Assembly (NCBI RefSeq): GCF_021028975.2
Contig: NC_059436.1
Span: forward strand, 9,424,001-9,488,000
DNA: 64,000 nt
From: Sphaerodactylus townsendi
Lineage: Eukaryota
Direction of reading: 5' to 3'
A model generated the notes under the pieces. That model made no database searches, was not told where the DNA came from, and worked only from the letters and a program-made list of their open reading frames with translations. Numbering within the stretch: the stretch's first letter is position 1; each line of letters opens with the position of its first letter. A program made the translations under genes and the position numbers. This document shows positions 13,511 through 25,775 of this stretch, piece after piece.

Positions 13511-15706
13511 GTAAGCAACATTTTGTGTAAGCTGCATGCATGCGCAGCCGTGCGGGCACCATATTGGTGCCTGCACCATATAAGGGGCTGCCCAGCAGGG
13601 GGAGCTCTCCCGGCAGCTCAGTTCCACGCAGGGTTTTTGCACTGCTACATAGCTCTGGGGAATGCTCAGAGGGAGCATTGTCTGCAAATTAATTGTTTGA
13701 TTTGAAAACACTTTTTGAGCTTTTACTCTGCAGAGTAGAAATGACTCAAACAAAATAATAAGTAGAACACTCCAAGTGAGATAGTGTTACCACTGATTGA
13801 AGAACTAATCTTACAAGTCCATATTTGTTCCCTCTATGGCAAACATGCTAAGGCCGGACATTTCCTGTTCCTTTTCCAGGAGTTCTTGTCAGCTATCTAA
13901 GTAATGCAAAGAGGCACATCTGCTCATTGAGAATTACAAAGTACATTATTGTGAGTGGTTGGTGGGCAAATAGCAAGTCTCTCATAAGCTGCCATAATTT
14001 TAACCCGGCTGCTGTGTATCTCCCCATCCCAAGCAGTGCCACCAATGATGGGATGTGCAGACATACCTGGAGAGCACAGGTCCCTCTCGAGTGCACAAAG
14101 ACCCCAGACAAACACCTGTAATGGCCTTAAGTAATCCCATGCACTTTCTAAACCAAGGCACCAATTATACTGCCTTTAGTTTGCTTTTGGGGATTATATG
14201 GGGCCTCCCATAACCATTTCCATAGCAACTAATGTACTTCAGATGGGAAAAGTGGAAGAAGATGGAAGAGGATCAAAGTTCAACTCGGTAAGTGGCACGA
14301 ACAAAACAGGAGATGGAAGCAAGGTGGTGAATTTTGCTTCTGCCATTGCTAGGCTTGGACACTGCACAGTAAAAGCAGGGGAGAAACATGCAAGAAAAAC
14401 AAGTTAAACCATTGTGAACAAGCACTTAAAATTAACTTGGCTTGTTATTACAAAAGTGTTGTAACTTAAAGAAATACTATATCCATTCATCTTCTTTAAT
14501 TAATTTACAAACATATTTATGCCATCTTTCCAGATATAAATGCCCACAAGATGGCTAATAATGATAAATACCACATAAAAGCATTTTTTGACAAATCAGC
14601 TCTGCTCCCTTTCCCCCCTATCAAGAAGCAAAACCTCAAAAGACAAACTCATAAAGCACAGTCACGTGATTCCAAGCACATTGACTTCAATGGTCTTAGC
14701 AGGATGCAACTCTGCTTAGGATCTCAGTGATAACTGTCAAAAAATCGGCGCTCATCTGTCTCAAATTCTCTTTAGGAACAGCCAAAGTTTGCCTGAATTG
14801 GAGTCAAATGGAGATGGGGGCTGCAACTGAAAATGCCACTGCATGAGAATGTCAACTCAATGTGGTGACCTGGAAGAGGGCCCTGATACACCAGAGTCTT
14901 TGGGTAGGTTCATAGAGCCATCTTTAAGATAACCTGAGACATTGAACTTTGAGGTTTTCAAGATCAAACTCAGCAAACAGACTGATAATCAATTAAGTAC
15001 AAGCATTCCAGATATGTACTACTTGACTCAATTCTAAGTCGTATTAAGCTTTTTAAATGGCTAAAATAACTTAAATATTCTTATGATAATATTTGTTAGG
15101 TACATTTAGGTGTTTACACACAATTTAAAAAACCCCACTCCCATTTCTACACCTTCTTTCACTAACTGCAATATTTTTGCAATCAGAAACATCAGTCAGA
15201 AAGGTTCTTTAACTGTCATGTAGCAGCTAACAAATGAAAAGCTCCGGAATGCTTCTTTTTTTAATCAAGAGAATTTTAGCTTGTCACCCAGAATCACAGG
15301 CTTCATTCCCAGGTTTTAGATGGGGGTAAGATTTTTTAAAATTAATACTACATTTCATTTTAGGATTGAGTTCACTCCTCCCACTCTTTTACTTTTTTGT
15401 TCCATCATTTCTCAGATCCACTCTTCCTGAACTCTGGTTTAAGCAGAATTTCTAAAATTAACTCCAGAATCGGATCATTCACCATTTGATACAGTTTCCT
15501 CATTTTATTTGCACCTGCCCACCCTGATACTGTTGAATGTGAGCCCACTCATTAAACATGACAACGCCCCCCAAGCAATTATTTCTATGATTGCATCACG
15601 ATTTTTAAAAGAGTGTTTTACAGTTATGCATATGTGCTTCCCTGCACAGAGGTAAAACACCACGCAAAATCAATGTTGGTACAATTATATGTACAATCAC
15701 ATGAAT

Positions 15707-15770
15707 GTACACATAACTGCAGTCTGTTATCAATGTACATGTTTAACTGCAGTATGTTATCAATGTACAC
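15707..15770. repeat. Short tandem duplication, ~30-bp unit x2
   Basis: gtacacataactgcagtctgttatcaat / gtacatgtttaactgcagtatgttatcaat / gtacac. Confidence 0.8.
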
Positions 15771-16565
15771 TGAGTGACATTTGTCAGTTTTCAAGGATTG
15801 AAAGCTATGGCAAAGTGTACACAGATTGTGCTCCATATAATATAAAATCCAGAAATCAAAGTAAAGAAAAGAAAAAAGAGGAATAATTCAGGAAGAGAAT
15901 TTTGGAAGCATCGCTAAAACTGGCTGGCTGTCTTATACACTTCTCTGCACTTCTCCTGATACTTACATTTTAACTGAGCAAAGCTCTGGCTTAGAATTTT
16001 TCAAATGGGGTTTGGTGCATCTTCACACAGGCGTGGGAGAGAAAATTAAGTACCACATATATATTTCTTTTATCTGTACTCTCCAAGAGGAGAGCATAAA
16101 AGCTACAGCTTAAGCATTAATTTGAATTGAATGGGGCCTTGTTAAATTTATTGACATGAAATGAAAAATCCCCAATGCGGTTTTGAACTGTCATGCTACC
16201 CAGAGGCAAGAAATTTTAATTAAAAAAAAAAACACCTCTAGGCGCTCAGTATAATATACAAGGTTTCCATTCAAACAATCTTCTTTCCTGGCTCCTTTTC
16301 CCATGAATACTTCCCTTTTCTCTAGCTCCTTTCTTAGATAAACAAAACACAAATCTGGTAATAGATGGTATTAAATAATATGAAATCAAAAATTGCAACA
16401 CTCCAAACTTCCTTTAAACTTCCTTTTAATAGCAGTTTTAATACGGATATAGAAAAATCCTGCTAGGAATGTTTACATGCCCAATTACTGCATAAGACAA
16501 AGGCTACTGAAGGGCACACATATGAGATTTCCTACAGTGCTCACCTAGTGATGGAACTTGTAGTC

Positions 16566-16842
16566 CCAGGATGGTGTAGTAGTTAAGAGCAGATAGACTC
16601 TAATGGGGAGAACCAGGTTTGATTCCCCACTCCTCCACATGAGCGGTGGTTTCTTATCTGGTGAACCAGATTTGTTTCCACTCCTACATTCCTGTTGGCG
16701 ACCTTGGGCTAGTCACAGTTTGTTCAGAACCCTTTCAACCTTACCCACCTCACAAGGTGTCTGTTTTGGGGAGAGGAAGGGAAAGGAGTTTCAAGGCGCC
16801 TTGAGTCTCCTTACAGGATAAATCCAAACTCTTCTTTTTCTT
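16566..16842 (+). mobile_element. Squam3-like SINE
   Basis: Box A tggtgtagtagtt, box B ggtttgattcc, CORE body, end aatccaaactcttctttttctt. Confidence 0.8.
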
Positions 16843-17082
16843 ATACAAACACATGCTCAGTGATCATCTGTATTAAAGGGAAGAACACCAGATATTCCCT
16901 GATTCCTACTGTTTACCCTACCCATCCTCTTAAGAGCTCATGATGGCATATACAGATGGTAAATGTCCTTTTAATACCAGTTTTAAGAGCTAAGGGCTTT
17001 CCCCTACCTAAATTCTGTCCTTCTTAGGCTGCAGTCACAAATCTCTAGAAATTCCCCGAAATAGGGCTAGCAATCCTATGAG

Positions 17083-17520
17083 CAGTGACAACACCCAGAC
17101 CAGGTGCCACACCTAGCCCTCAGCCAAACTCCCTGCCCCCCTGCCACCACTGCTTGCTTGTTCACTCACCTGCCCTGCATACCTTGGAGCAAACCAGAGG
17201 CATTCTGAGCCTGCTGTACTCAGTGCCTCTGACTCTCCAAAGGACTCAGGGCAGGCAGGTGAGTGAGCTAGTGAGCAAGAGGCATGGCCTCTCTCCCTCC
17301 TCCCTGGCTTCCTGAAAGGCAAGGGGGCCAGGAGTGTGTCCTGGTGGAGGGTTTTTTGCAGTGGCGGGGGGAGTTTAGTGAGGGGCAGAGAGTTCAGTCA
17401 GGGGTGGCAGGGAGTTTGGCCAGGTGGTAGGTGCAGAGAGGCCAAAATGGATCCCCACATGACCCAGGCAGATGGCACATGGATCAAATGACCCTCCCTG
17501 CCCCCCTAGATATGCCACTG
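17083..17520. mobile_element. Non-autonomous hAT (Tip100-like) element
   Basis: Ends cagtgac.../...atatgccactg; 8-bp TSD cctatgag / cctatgaa. Confidence 0.65.
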
Positions 17521-20470
17521 CCTATGAAATGTCTGTTGGAGGAAGGGGTCTCATCTGCAGCTCCTGGATGAACTGTGCCCTCTTGTCTTTGCTCAGGGCT
17601 GATACTTCTGCTTTCAGGGACAGCCCTGACAAAAGCAGGAAGTATGCATGGACCATCCATGATCAGAACCACCTTTGTGGGGGGGGGGGGGGGGGGGGGA
17701 GAGAAAGGAAATTTGAACTCCTAGTATCTATTTGCAAGGGTGGGGAGACTCTAATGAACTTTAACCCACAAGGAGCAAGCTCTCAGAGTGAAAAGTAACT
17801 TTGTCATTCTTCCTACCTGTCTTTCTTCCCCCTATATGGAAATTAGGCAGCACTCACCCTCTTTGCAATAGCATATGGAGAAAAGACTCTATTAGGCATG
17901 CATATAGTGACCATCCATCCCGCTTTTGGCGGGACCGTCCCGATTTCTACCACTTTCTCCCGCGTCCCGCGGCACTTTTTAAAAGTCCCGATTGTTGCCC
18001 AATCTCCCCCTCCTCCCTTGCCCTGCCAGGGAGTCCGAGACAGGGCGCCCGAGAACCCCTCTGCCGTCTGGGACGTTCTCCTTCTTGCGCTGCCGCAATG
18101 CTGAGGAGAGCCGAAAGAGCACAGGGTGGGAAACAGGAGAACGCCCCAGAAGGCAGTGCGGCAGAACGAGAGGCTGCCGCACTGCCTTCTGGGGCGTTCC
18201 CCTGTTTCCCGCCCTGTACTCTTCAACCGAGGCAGGGCAGCCCCTCCCCGACTAACTTGCACTAGAAGCAGGGGCATAGGGCCGATGAGGACATCTGGGG
18301 ACAAATGTCCCGGGCGGGACCCCGCCATGGCATGTGAGGGGCGGAAAATCGCCCCTCACCCCCCTCTTCTTGCCTGTGTTGGTCTCGGTGAAAGCGCCGT
18401 GCATGTCTGAGGGGTGTGTCCAGGCTGCTGCCCGAGTGACGGGGAGGCAGAGGGGGCGGGCCTTCAGCAGATGCAGCCCAGCCCAGGAGAAGAGCAGTTG
18501 AAGACTGAAACCGAGAGAGCCTCTGACCTGTAACGACTGAGAGACAGAGCAAAGCCTGCAGCCAGGGAGGAAGGAGGTTGGTAAGCAGGCTGGCCGCGCG
18601 GGCAGGCGGGCAGTGGTGGCAGACTTGGTTTCCCCTCCTGTGGCTGCTCTCAGCATTTGAACCGGCTCAGACGGTCCAGGCTGTCAAGCAGCTTTTGTGC
18701 TTTCTCTTCTCCTCCGGCTGGTGGATAGGGGCAGAAATCAACTGGATCCTAAACCTGCCAAGTTGGAAGGGAATCCCCCTTGCATTCAGATTTACTCCCA
18801 AGTATTTGCGCCAGCACCAGAAACGAGGGCAGCTGCTGGGAGGGGGGGGGGGGGAATTGAGAGAGGATGCAGAGGGAACCCCCAAGGGCTTGCATTGTGT
18901 TGATTGATTTGACTAAAGACTTCCCCCTTCCCCGTCTTGCCTTGCTGGGCATTGTTTTTTTTTATTGCATGTATGCTACTTGCAAAATGCCCATTTTTGT
19001 GCCTTCAACTTCCAAAACATCAAGTTACATTGGGTATACGCGTGCAAAAAATTCCAGGGTTGCACCATGTTGCATGGTGGGGGCCCCTCCCTCCTTGCAG
19101 ATTTACATTATGTTTTTGCATTTTGTGCAGTTTGCAGAAGGTTCCCGGTTTACATTACAGGGTGCACATTCAGAAAGACCAGCTTTTTTTGCCTGGGAAA
19201 AAACAGGGAAGGATGAGTGCAATGGACTTCTTGCATTATTGGTGATGCAAAATGAAGCAAGACTAATTTGGAACCGGTTGTTACCCTTGGCTCTCCTCCT
19301 TCGCTTTTGCAATAAGTTATCCTTTTCTCAGCTGCCTGCCCTCCAGCTCCTCCCCTCCCCTCTGGTGCCTCTGCATAGCTTGGATCCTTTTTGGGCAGAG
19401 ACTGGAACTCCCATGAAACTCAGGGCAAAAAGCAAAGGCTAGGTGAGGGCAAAGGCTTCAAAAAGGCACCACTTTCTCATTGGGCATGTGCGTAGGTTTG
19501 GCACGTGCTCATTTGGGCTGCTCAAGGGGCTCTGTGCGCGGGAAGCTGCCAGGTTCTACCAGATCTGGGTAACCTTTCGGGGCAGGGAAGCCTCCCAGCT
19601 GACCCACAGCCCAGCAAAGCGATTTCCAGGTGGAGGACTGGAAACAGCCACGGAGCCTGCCAACAGCCGTCCTGGGCAGATGGAGCTCTCATTTTCTCCA
19701 ACAGGCAAGAATCTAGTCCAACTGCATTGGGAGGGAGCAGGGAAAACCTCTGTGCATCTGCCCAGCCTCCCTTACTCGCGAGTAATCTCGCTACCTGGCA
19801 AAGTGCCTCCCGTGCTGATCTTGTGGAGCTGCTTGGGAAGGTGATGAGGGACGAGATTCAAAACTACCATTTGGGCATGGGGTGTTCAGCTGCCCCCCCC
19901 CATCCCCCCATATCTTGATGTAAATCCTCCCAGGCTTTTCAGAGATCATTACAGGGATCCCTTATGTCTCCCTGAGGAGGAGAAATGCAGCGAGGGGGAA
20001 GAGAGAGAGAGAGATCCAAGACCTCACTCAGCAACCGGCAGAGCTTTTCTGGAGGTAGCAGTTGGTCCCACATCCCCCCTCCCTTTATGCTTTCACTCTA
20101 TTCACCTGGCAAAAAGTTGATCAAGGATACTGGTCTCCATTGCGGATTGCTATTTCTTCTGCAAAGAGTGTAATGCGGGGGCGGGGGGAGTTGCATTAGC
20201 CCATCCACCAGAATATTCCATAGTGTGCCTGGGGCAGAAATAACGCTGTCCTCGCTGTGCATGTTTTGAGTGTGTGGTGTGTGCGCATGCCTCCTCCCTC
20301 TTTTCCCTACTGTGGGCAGCAGTAGTGTCCTGCCTTCCTCCTCATCCTTGCACACACAGCCAGAACCAGTAAAATGGCCTTTGAAAGCCTGTTCTCCAAG
20401 CCTCCAACCCAATTCTTGAACAAATCATGCCTGACTCTGACATGAGGGGATGAAAGGTTTAGTAACGTTA

Positions 20471-20645
20471 AGAACATAAGAACAAGCCTGCTGAATCAGA
20501 CCAGAGTCCATCTAGTCCAGCTCTCTGCTACTTGCAGTGGCCCACCAGGTGCCTTTGGGAGCTCACATGCAAGATGTGAAAGCAATGGCCTGCTGCTGCT
20601 GCTGCTCCTGAGCACCTGGTCTGCTAAGGCATTTGCGATCTCAGC
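20471..20645 (-). mobile_element. CR1 3' end fragment of a second family, inside the composite hAT
   Basis: agaacataagaacaagcctgctgaatcagaccagagtccatctagtccag...; related to 23303-23620. Confidence 0.75.
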
Positions 20646-20949
20646 AGACGTCTCCTCTCCAAACTAAAGAGTCCCAAACGCTGCAGCGCCTCATATTCTC
20701 ATGCTGTCTCTCTCTGTCTCTCTTTCTCTGCTACTCAATGATGACGATTATCAGTGATAACTAAGAATGATGTAATGTGGGATGATGGGAGTGATAATGA
20801 TGTGTGTTAAAAATGTGCCTAGTTTGGTTTTAAAAAAAGAAAATGGAAAAATATTTCTGTAGCATTGCATGGGTAAGTCACCTTCAGGCTTATGATGGGA
20901 AAGCATTTTTAGCTGTTTTGGGAGGGTGATCTTTTAGAGGTGCATTTTG

Positions 20950-21134
20950 CATTTTAGTTTTGTGAACCTCTTTTATTGTTCTTATTTAAATATTAACTTT
21001 ATGAAATAATAAACTACTTTTCGGTATGTCATTTTTTAATATTTAAAATGGTCATTAGGGCAGCGAACCAGTTGTTATATTATTTGAATCCGACCACCAG
21101 AACTGGTTGTTAAATTATTTGAATCCCACCACTG
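20950..21134. mobile_element. Orphan terminus of another hAT-like DNA transposon nested in the composite element
   Basis: Ends aactggttgttaaattatttgaatcccaccactg (RC CAGTGGTGGGATTCAAATAATTTAACAACC) with the terminal ~35 bp duplicated in tandem; left limit uncertain. Confidence 0.6.
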
Positions 21135-21985
21135 CTGCCCGGTCTCTGTCTGGCAGCTGGGCTAGGAGAGTGGCTCTCTCTCAGAGACCAGAGAAGCGGG
21201 GGGCAGGGGGCGGCAGAGGGGGTGGCTGGCCTGGCTTCCTTGTTGCCCCCAGCTGCTCTGTTTGTTTTCTCTCTGCTCACCGTGCTGGCAGTGGATCCTG
21301 CCAGGTCCCCATCTGACTGCCTCTCAGCCCAGTAGGATGGGGGGGGGGGAGGTCCTCCTCCCTGCTGTTTCCAGTCTGTAACTCATCAAGAGATGGAGGA
21401 GGAGTTTCTGACTCCAGCTGTATCACTGGCAAACTCTTTTAAAAACTTTGCTTAGTAGGAAAACCTATTTTCAGCAAGACTGGGAAGGAAAGCACACTGT
21501 ACATGTTCAATAGTTCCCTCTCTGATACTTCACCCCTTCCCACCGTCCCCCCACCGCAAGCCACCCCTTCTCATCTCCCCCACCCCTACCTATCCCTTGC
21601 CACCTTCTCCAATCCCTACCAACCCTTGCCTCCCTCTCCCCACCCCTAGGTGAGCTGGCATCGTTATGAGGGGTGGTGATTTTGGGGTGACAGTGCAAAA
21701 ATCATGAGGATTCATATTTTCCAAGCAGGTTTTTGTGCCACTGTGGTGCCACAGAACATGGAATGCAGGATTATTGTGTTCAAACATGTGGCTAGGAGTT
21801 TCAGCTGTGATGTACTAGTGATTTTGGGGTGACCAAGTGCAAAAATCATCAGGATCCATGAGGATCCATATTTTCCAAGCAGGTTTTTGTGTTTGAATGC
21901 AGATAGTATTGTAATATATTTTTTTAAATTTCAACATAAGTACAATTTACAAATATAATACATTAAAATTATGTATAGTATTATT

Positions 21986-22183
21986 TTATTCTTTGGCATA
22001 TTTCTCATTTGAGTGAATTTTTTTTAGTAGATTGCAGTCGTCGTTTAAAAGATAATGAAAATTTTCACAAGAATTTGTTAAATTATATTTCACACATAAA
22101 ATGGCTTTCAAAGTCTCAACACTTAATTGTGATTTTTCTGATGTGCACACTTTATTTACCGTACATAATCCCACTGACTTCAA
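21986..22183 (-). pseudogene. hAT transposase C-terminal (dimerisation domain) remnant
   Basis: TSEKSQLSVETLKAILCVKYNLTNSCENFHYLLNDDCNLLKKIHSNEKY resembles hAT C-termini (W-T-x-x-R/K-x-x-L-S-V-E...N...C..F...L...LL......KY); AT-rich and next to the TIR. Confidence 0.75.
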
Positions 22184-23302
22184 CTATTTTTGCATTCTAT
22201 TAAAATTTGTGTTGCTCCATATAGACCAAATTTTTAATCAAGACCCCCCCCCCCCCCCCGGTCAATGGTGTCCCTCTTTACCAATGTTAAAATCTGGTCA
22301 CCTTAGGCATGCAGCTATACCTTACTTTGATTTGTAAACCCAGAATCCTCCAGGATTGTGAAGATAACAATTGCCACTTATTGCTTCCTAACACGGATTA
22401 AAATTATTACAGCAGTTTTGCAACATTTTAATACCAATACAAGCAAGAAGCTAAAAAAGCCAAAAGTGAATGGAGAGATCCCTGAAATGCCAAAGTCTTA
22501 AAAGTGTAATTGCAAAAATGCCTTGAACAGAGATATATACAAGAACATAGACTATGATAAATCTCTCTCTCTTTCAAGTCAAGTCAAGTTCCCTTTGATG
22601 GCATTTAAAATATATAATAATAAAGCTACAAGTAAATAGAGAGACACAATCTGTAACTGAAGCCCACCAAAAAGTAGTCAAGTTTAAGCATTTAGAAATT
22701 TCAATTCAAATTAGGAGATTTTACAGAGGTTTGGGCAGTTTCTTCATATTTGGAAACGTGTTTCATAACTTCAGCTAGAAATGTTGCTCCCATTGTTTTC
22801 GGAATATTGAAACTCCATGAGAGTTTCATCAGCTTGTTATCATTTACATCCAGTTTTTGGCAAGATACTCTCTCCCTCTGGTTGCACATAAATAATAGCT
22901 TTATAGGAATTTGAAAAGAGTGTTGTAGTGCTATACATGTTCATGTTCTCTATCCCGTCACATGATCTGATCAAATTTGTCCCTGCAGCACTTTAAGCAA
23001 CACATAGGAAATCAGCTCCCAACAGCATAAAAAGGACAGCTGCAAAAGGAATGTGCACAAGTATGTACATTTTGGAGTGACTATCAGAGTTTTTGTTTGA
23101 CACTACTAAAACAAAAATGACCTCACATTACTGTTCCTCCTGCACTAGACTTTTAAGTACTGGAGCACAGAGCTCCCCAAAGAAATTAACAGTTATCAAG
23201 GTGGTCCTTCCCCCTCCACCGATGGTAACCTAGGGCTTTTTAGGAACTATATCACTTGGAGAGAAAGAGAGGTCAGAGCTTGGTGAGCCGCCCCCAACTT
23301 CA

Positions 23303-23620
23303 TGAGAACATAAGGAGAGCCATGCTGGATGAGACCAGTTGTCCAGCTATTCTCACAGTGGCTGACCTTTAGGAAGCCCACAAACAGGGTGACTACTACA
23401 GCATCCTCCCACCTGTGCTCCTCAGCAACTGAGCGATATCCATCATGACTAGTAGTCACAGATAGCCTCATTTGTGAATTTGTTCACTCCCCTTTGAAAG
23501 TCTTCTAAGTTGGTGGCCACCTCCACTTCCTGTTGCAGCCAGTACCAAAATTTAACTATGTGCATGTGAACAAGTACTTCCTTGTGTCTGCCCTGAAACG
23601 CCCCCATTCAACTTCTACTA
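23303..23620 (-). mobile_element. Old CR1 LINE 3' fragment
   Basis: agaacataaggagagccatgctggatgagaccagttgtccag...tggccacctccacttcctgttgcagc...gaacaagtacttccttgtgtctgccctgaa. Confidence 0.7.
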
Positions 23621-23656
23621 TTCTACTATTTTTGGGAGAGGGACAAAAGCTTCTCC

Positions 23657-24251
23657 ATGGTGGATTCTACACAGGGCAAATATCAGGAGTGTAGGTCATG
23701 ATACAGACTGTTTTTAAGGGGATTTTGCACTGGTCCTGCCCCCAAAATGACTCTGCCCTCAACCTGGAATTTTCAAAAATCGCTAAAGCAGTGATTCTTT
23801 TGCAAAATCCTGGGTTGGCGCCACTCCCTCACAAACAGCCAGGCAAGAGGTGCTTTATTTCCCTTCCACTGAGCTGTCCATGGTCAGGGAGAACCCACCT
23901 GCCACAGCAATACATTCATTATTGCTCTGCTGTTGCAGGGAGGGACCTTTTTCTTTTTTAAATTTTGCATGTTGCACATGTGCAGCTGCATAGGTGCAAC
24001 TGATCGTATTGTGGGACGATTGGCATGGCTGTGGTGGTTCATTTCTGTTTGCCTGTGCAGCTATGCATGTGTTGCATGAAATAGAAAAAAGGAAAGCATC
24101 TCCATGAGAAGGTGTTAAAGCAGCCCGGATTGTTTCCATGGGCTCCAATTGCTGCCTGCCCAGCACACATGTGAACGGGAAAAAAGAGAATTGGTTCCTT
24201 AATAATAACGACTGCAACCCGTTATACATTTGCTGTGCGGAAACAACCCAT
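23657..24251. mobile_element. Possible Harbinger-like non-autonomous DNA transposon
   Basis: Imperfect inverted ends tggtggattctacacagggcaaata / tacatttgctgtgcggaaacaaccca. Confidence 0.4.
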
Positions 24252-24704
24252 GTCTACTTTGTCCACACCATGGATTCTAACTGGGCTGTTCACTTTCTCC
24301 ATTAATTGCCCCTATGGAATCTTTAAATGGCAGGTTTAAATACTAGTGTTATTGGGTTGAATCCTCCTTTCCACTAAGCGGGATCCTATACTTCCTGTTG
24401 GGCAAGTCTTATTGGAAAAGTGTTCCTTCAATGGAAAAAGGTATCCTCCAATGGAGACCACTGGAGAAGTCTTGGTGGAAGGGAGTGGTAGGATCCAACT
24501 TATATCAGAAGGGGATTGCAGGATCCAATCCTAAATTGCTGTAAATTGCCTTCAGCACTTCCTAAGAATAGGAAGTTTGGATATAAACAAACAAACAAAT
24601 AAATGTATTTGTCCTTTATATAATGCTTGAGCATTTGAGCTACTTCACATACATTATCTGCTTAAAACCACCACTCTTTAAAGCAGTTCAGTATTTAAAA
24701 AGGT

Positions 24705-24900
24705 AAAGTGTGCCATCAAGCGATTCATGGTGGCCCCATGAAGTTCCACCTCATGGGGCTTTTGAGGCAAGATAGGGGCAGAGGTGGTTTGCCACCACCT
24801 TCCTTTGCACAGCAGCCCCAGTCTTCCTTGGTGATCTCTCATCCAAGTACCAATCCCATTTAGCTGCCGAGCGCTGAGGAAATTGTGCGAAGCTAGGCTA
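24705..24900 (-). mobile_element. 5S rRNA-headed Sauria-type SINE, degenerate
   Basis: gaggtggtttgccaccaccttcct...gatctctcatccaagtaccaa, the reverse complement of the copy at 28338. Confidence 0.65.
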
Positions 24901-25524
24901 TTTGTGATACTAAACAGTACTATTATCTCTTTGCCAGCTACGGGATGGCGGCAGTGAAAGTTGAGAGACAGTTCAGATTGCCTAAGGGCAACTAGGGTGC
25001 TTGTGGCAAAGGTGAGATGTGAAAACTTCCTGACTCGACACATCGTCTTTTATCCAACGCATTACACTAGCTTAAAGCTAAATGAAAAAGGAAAGAGAAG
25101 ACGCAGTCATTCAGGATAACAATCTGCCATGCCACTAATTGTGTCCCCAAAATTCCTAATAGATACTAGTCCCAAAAGACTCATGCAACCACACTGTGAA
25201 CAGCAATCACAATACCAATAAATATCCTTCCTGGAGGTAGCATCTCCATTCCCCCCAGGTGCAAAATATTGCAGCTTTAAGTGCTCATAAAACCCTCAGC
25301 AGAAGCACAACCTCAGGACTGTGAGCAGTGAACGAGACTGGAAGGCACACATTCGCTGCAAAAGGAAACTCGATGGTGCAGAAGGACACCTCTTTCCTCC
25401 CTAGAAACATTCGCTGCTACATCATCATCCTTCTGTTGTCTGTAATTTAACTCTCTAACAAAGAAAACAAATGTTTTTTAAGCTCTCTGCTTGAGGCACT
25501 GCTAGTTCAATATGCCCGGGAACA

Positions 25525-25669
25525 NNNNNNNNNNNNNNNNNNNNNNNNNNNNNNNNNNNNNNNNNNNNNNNNNNNNNNNNNNNNNNNNNNNNNNNNNNNN
25601 NNNNNNNNNNNNNNNNNNNNNNNNNNNNNNNNNNNNNNNNNNNNNNNNNNNNNNNNNNNNNNNNNNNNN
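25525..25669. other. Assembly gap (145 N)
   Basis: Run of N. Confidence 1.
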
Positions 25670-25775
25670 CATTGACAAGGTAGCCCCAGGCTAGATTCCA
25701 ACAACATCTCAACATGCCACTACAGGGATGGAAATCCAGATTAAAGAACCGCCTGGCAGCAGAGTCCCTCTGTAC

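Larger units (their letters stand above)
17903..22305 (-). mobile_element. 4.4-kb composite non-autonomous hAT (Blackjack-like) element
   Basis: Exact 8-bp TSD GGCATGCA at 17895-17902 and 22306-22313; TIRs TATAGTGACCA / TGGTCACCTTA with subterminal gtccc/gggac motifs; transposase remnant at 21986-22183. Confidence 0.82.

Noticed and set aside
17678-17699. Long G homopolymer and other G/C runs as functional G-quadruplexes
   Set aside because: Such runs are frequent throughout the window and error-prone in assemblies; no specific support.
17801-19918. Cluster of long overlapping ORFs of up to 191 aa
   Set aside because: On both strands, largely within a GC-rich TE interior, with no recognisable domain; expected from low stop-codon density.
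22560-23000. Possible LINE 3' fragment on the minus strand
   Set aside because: Too degenerate to assign by eye.
25455-25715. ORFs spanning N runs (also 60385-60828)
   Set aside because: Artefacts of assembly gaps.
25709-25775. C-terminal part of the tracked 68-aa ORF (YRGTLLPGG...)
   Set aside because: Read-through past the GT donor at 25775 into intron; PKNOX2 similarity stops at AVYR.
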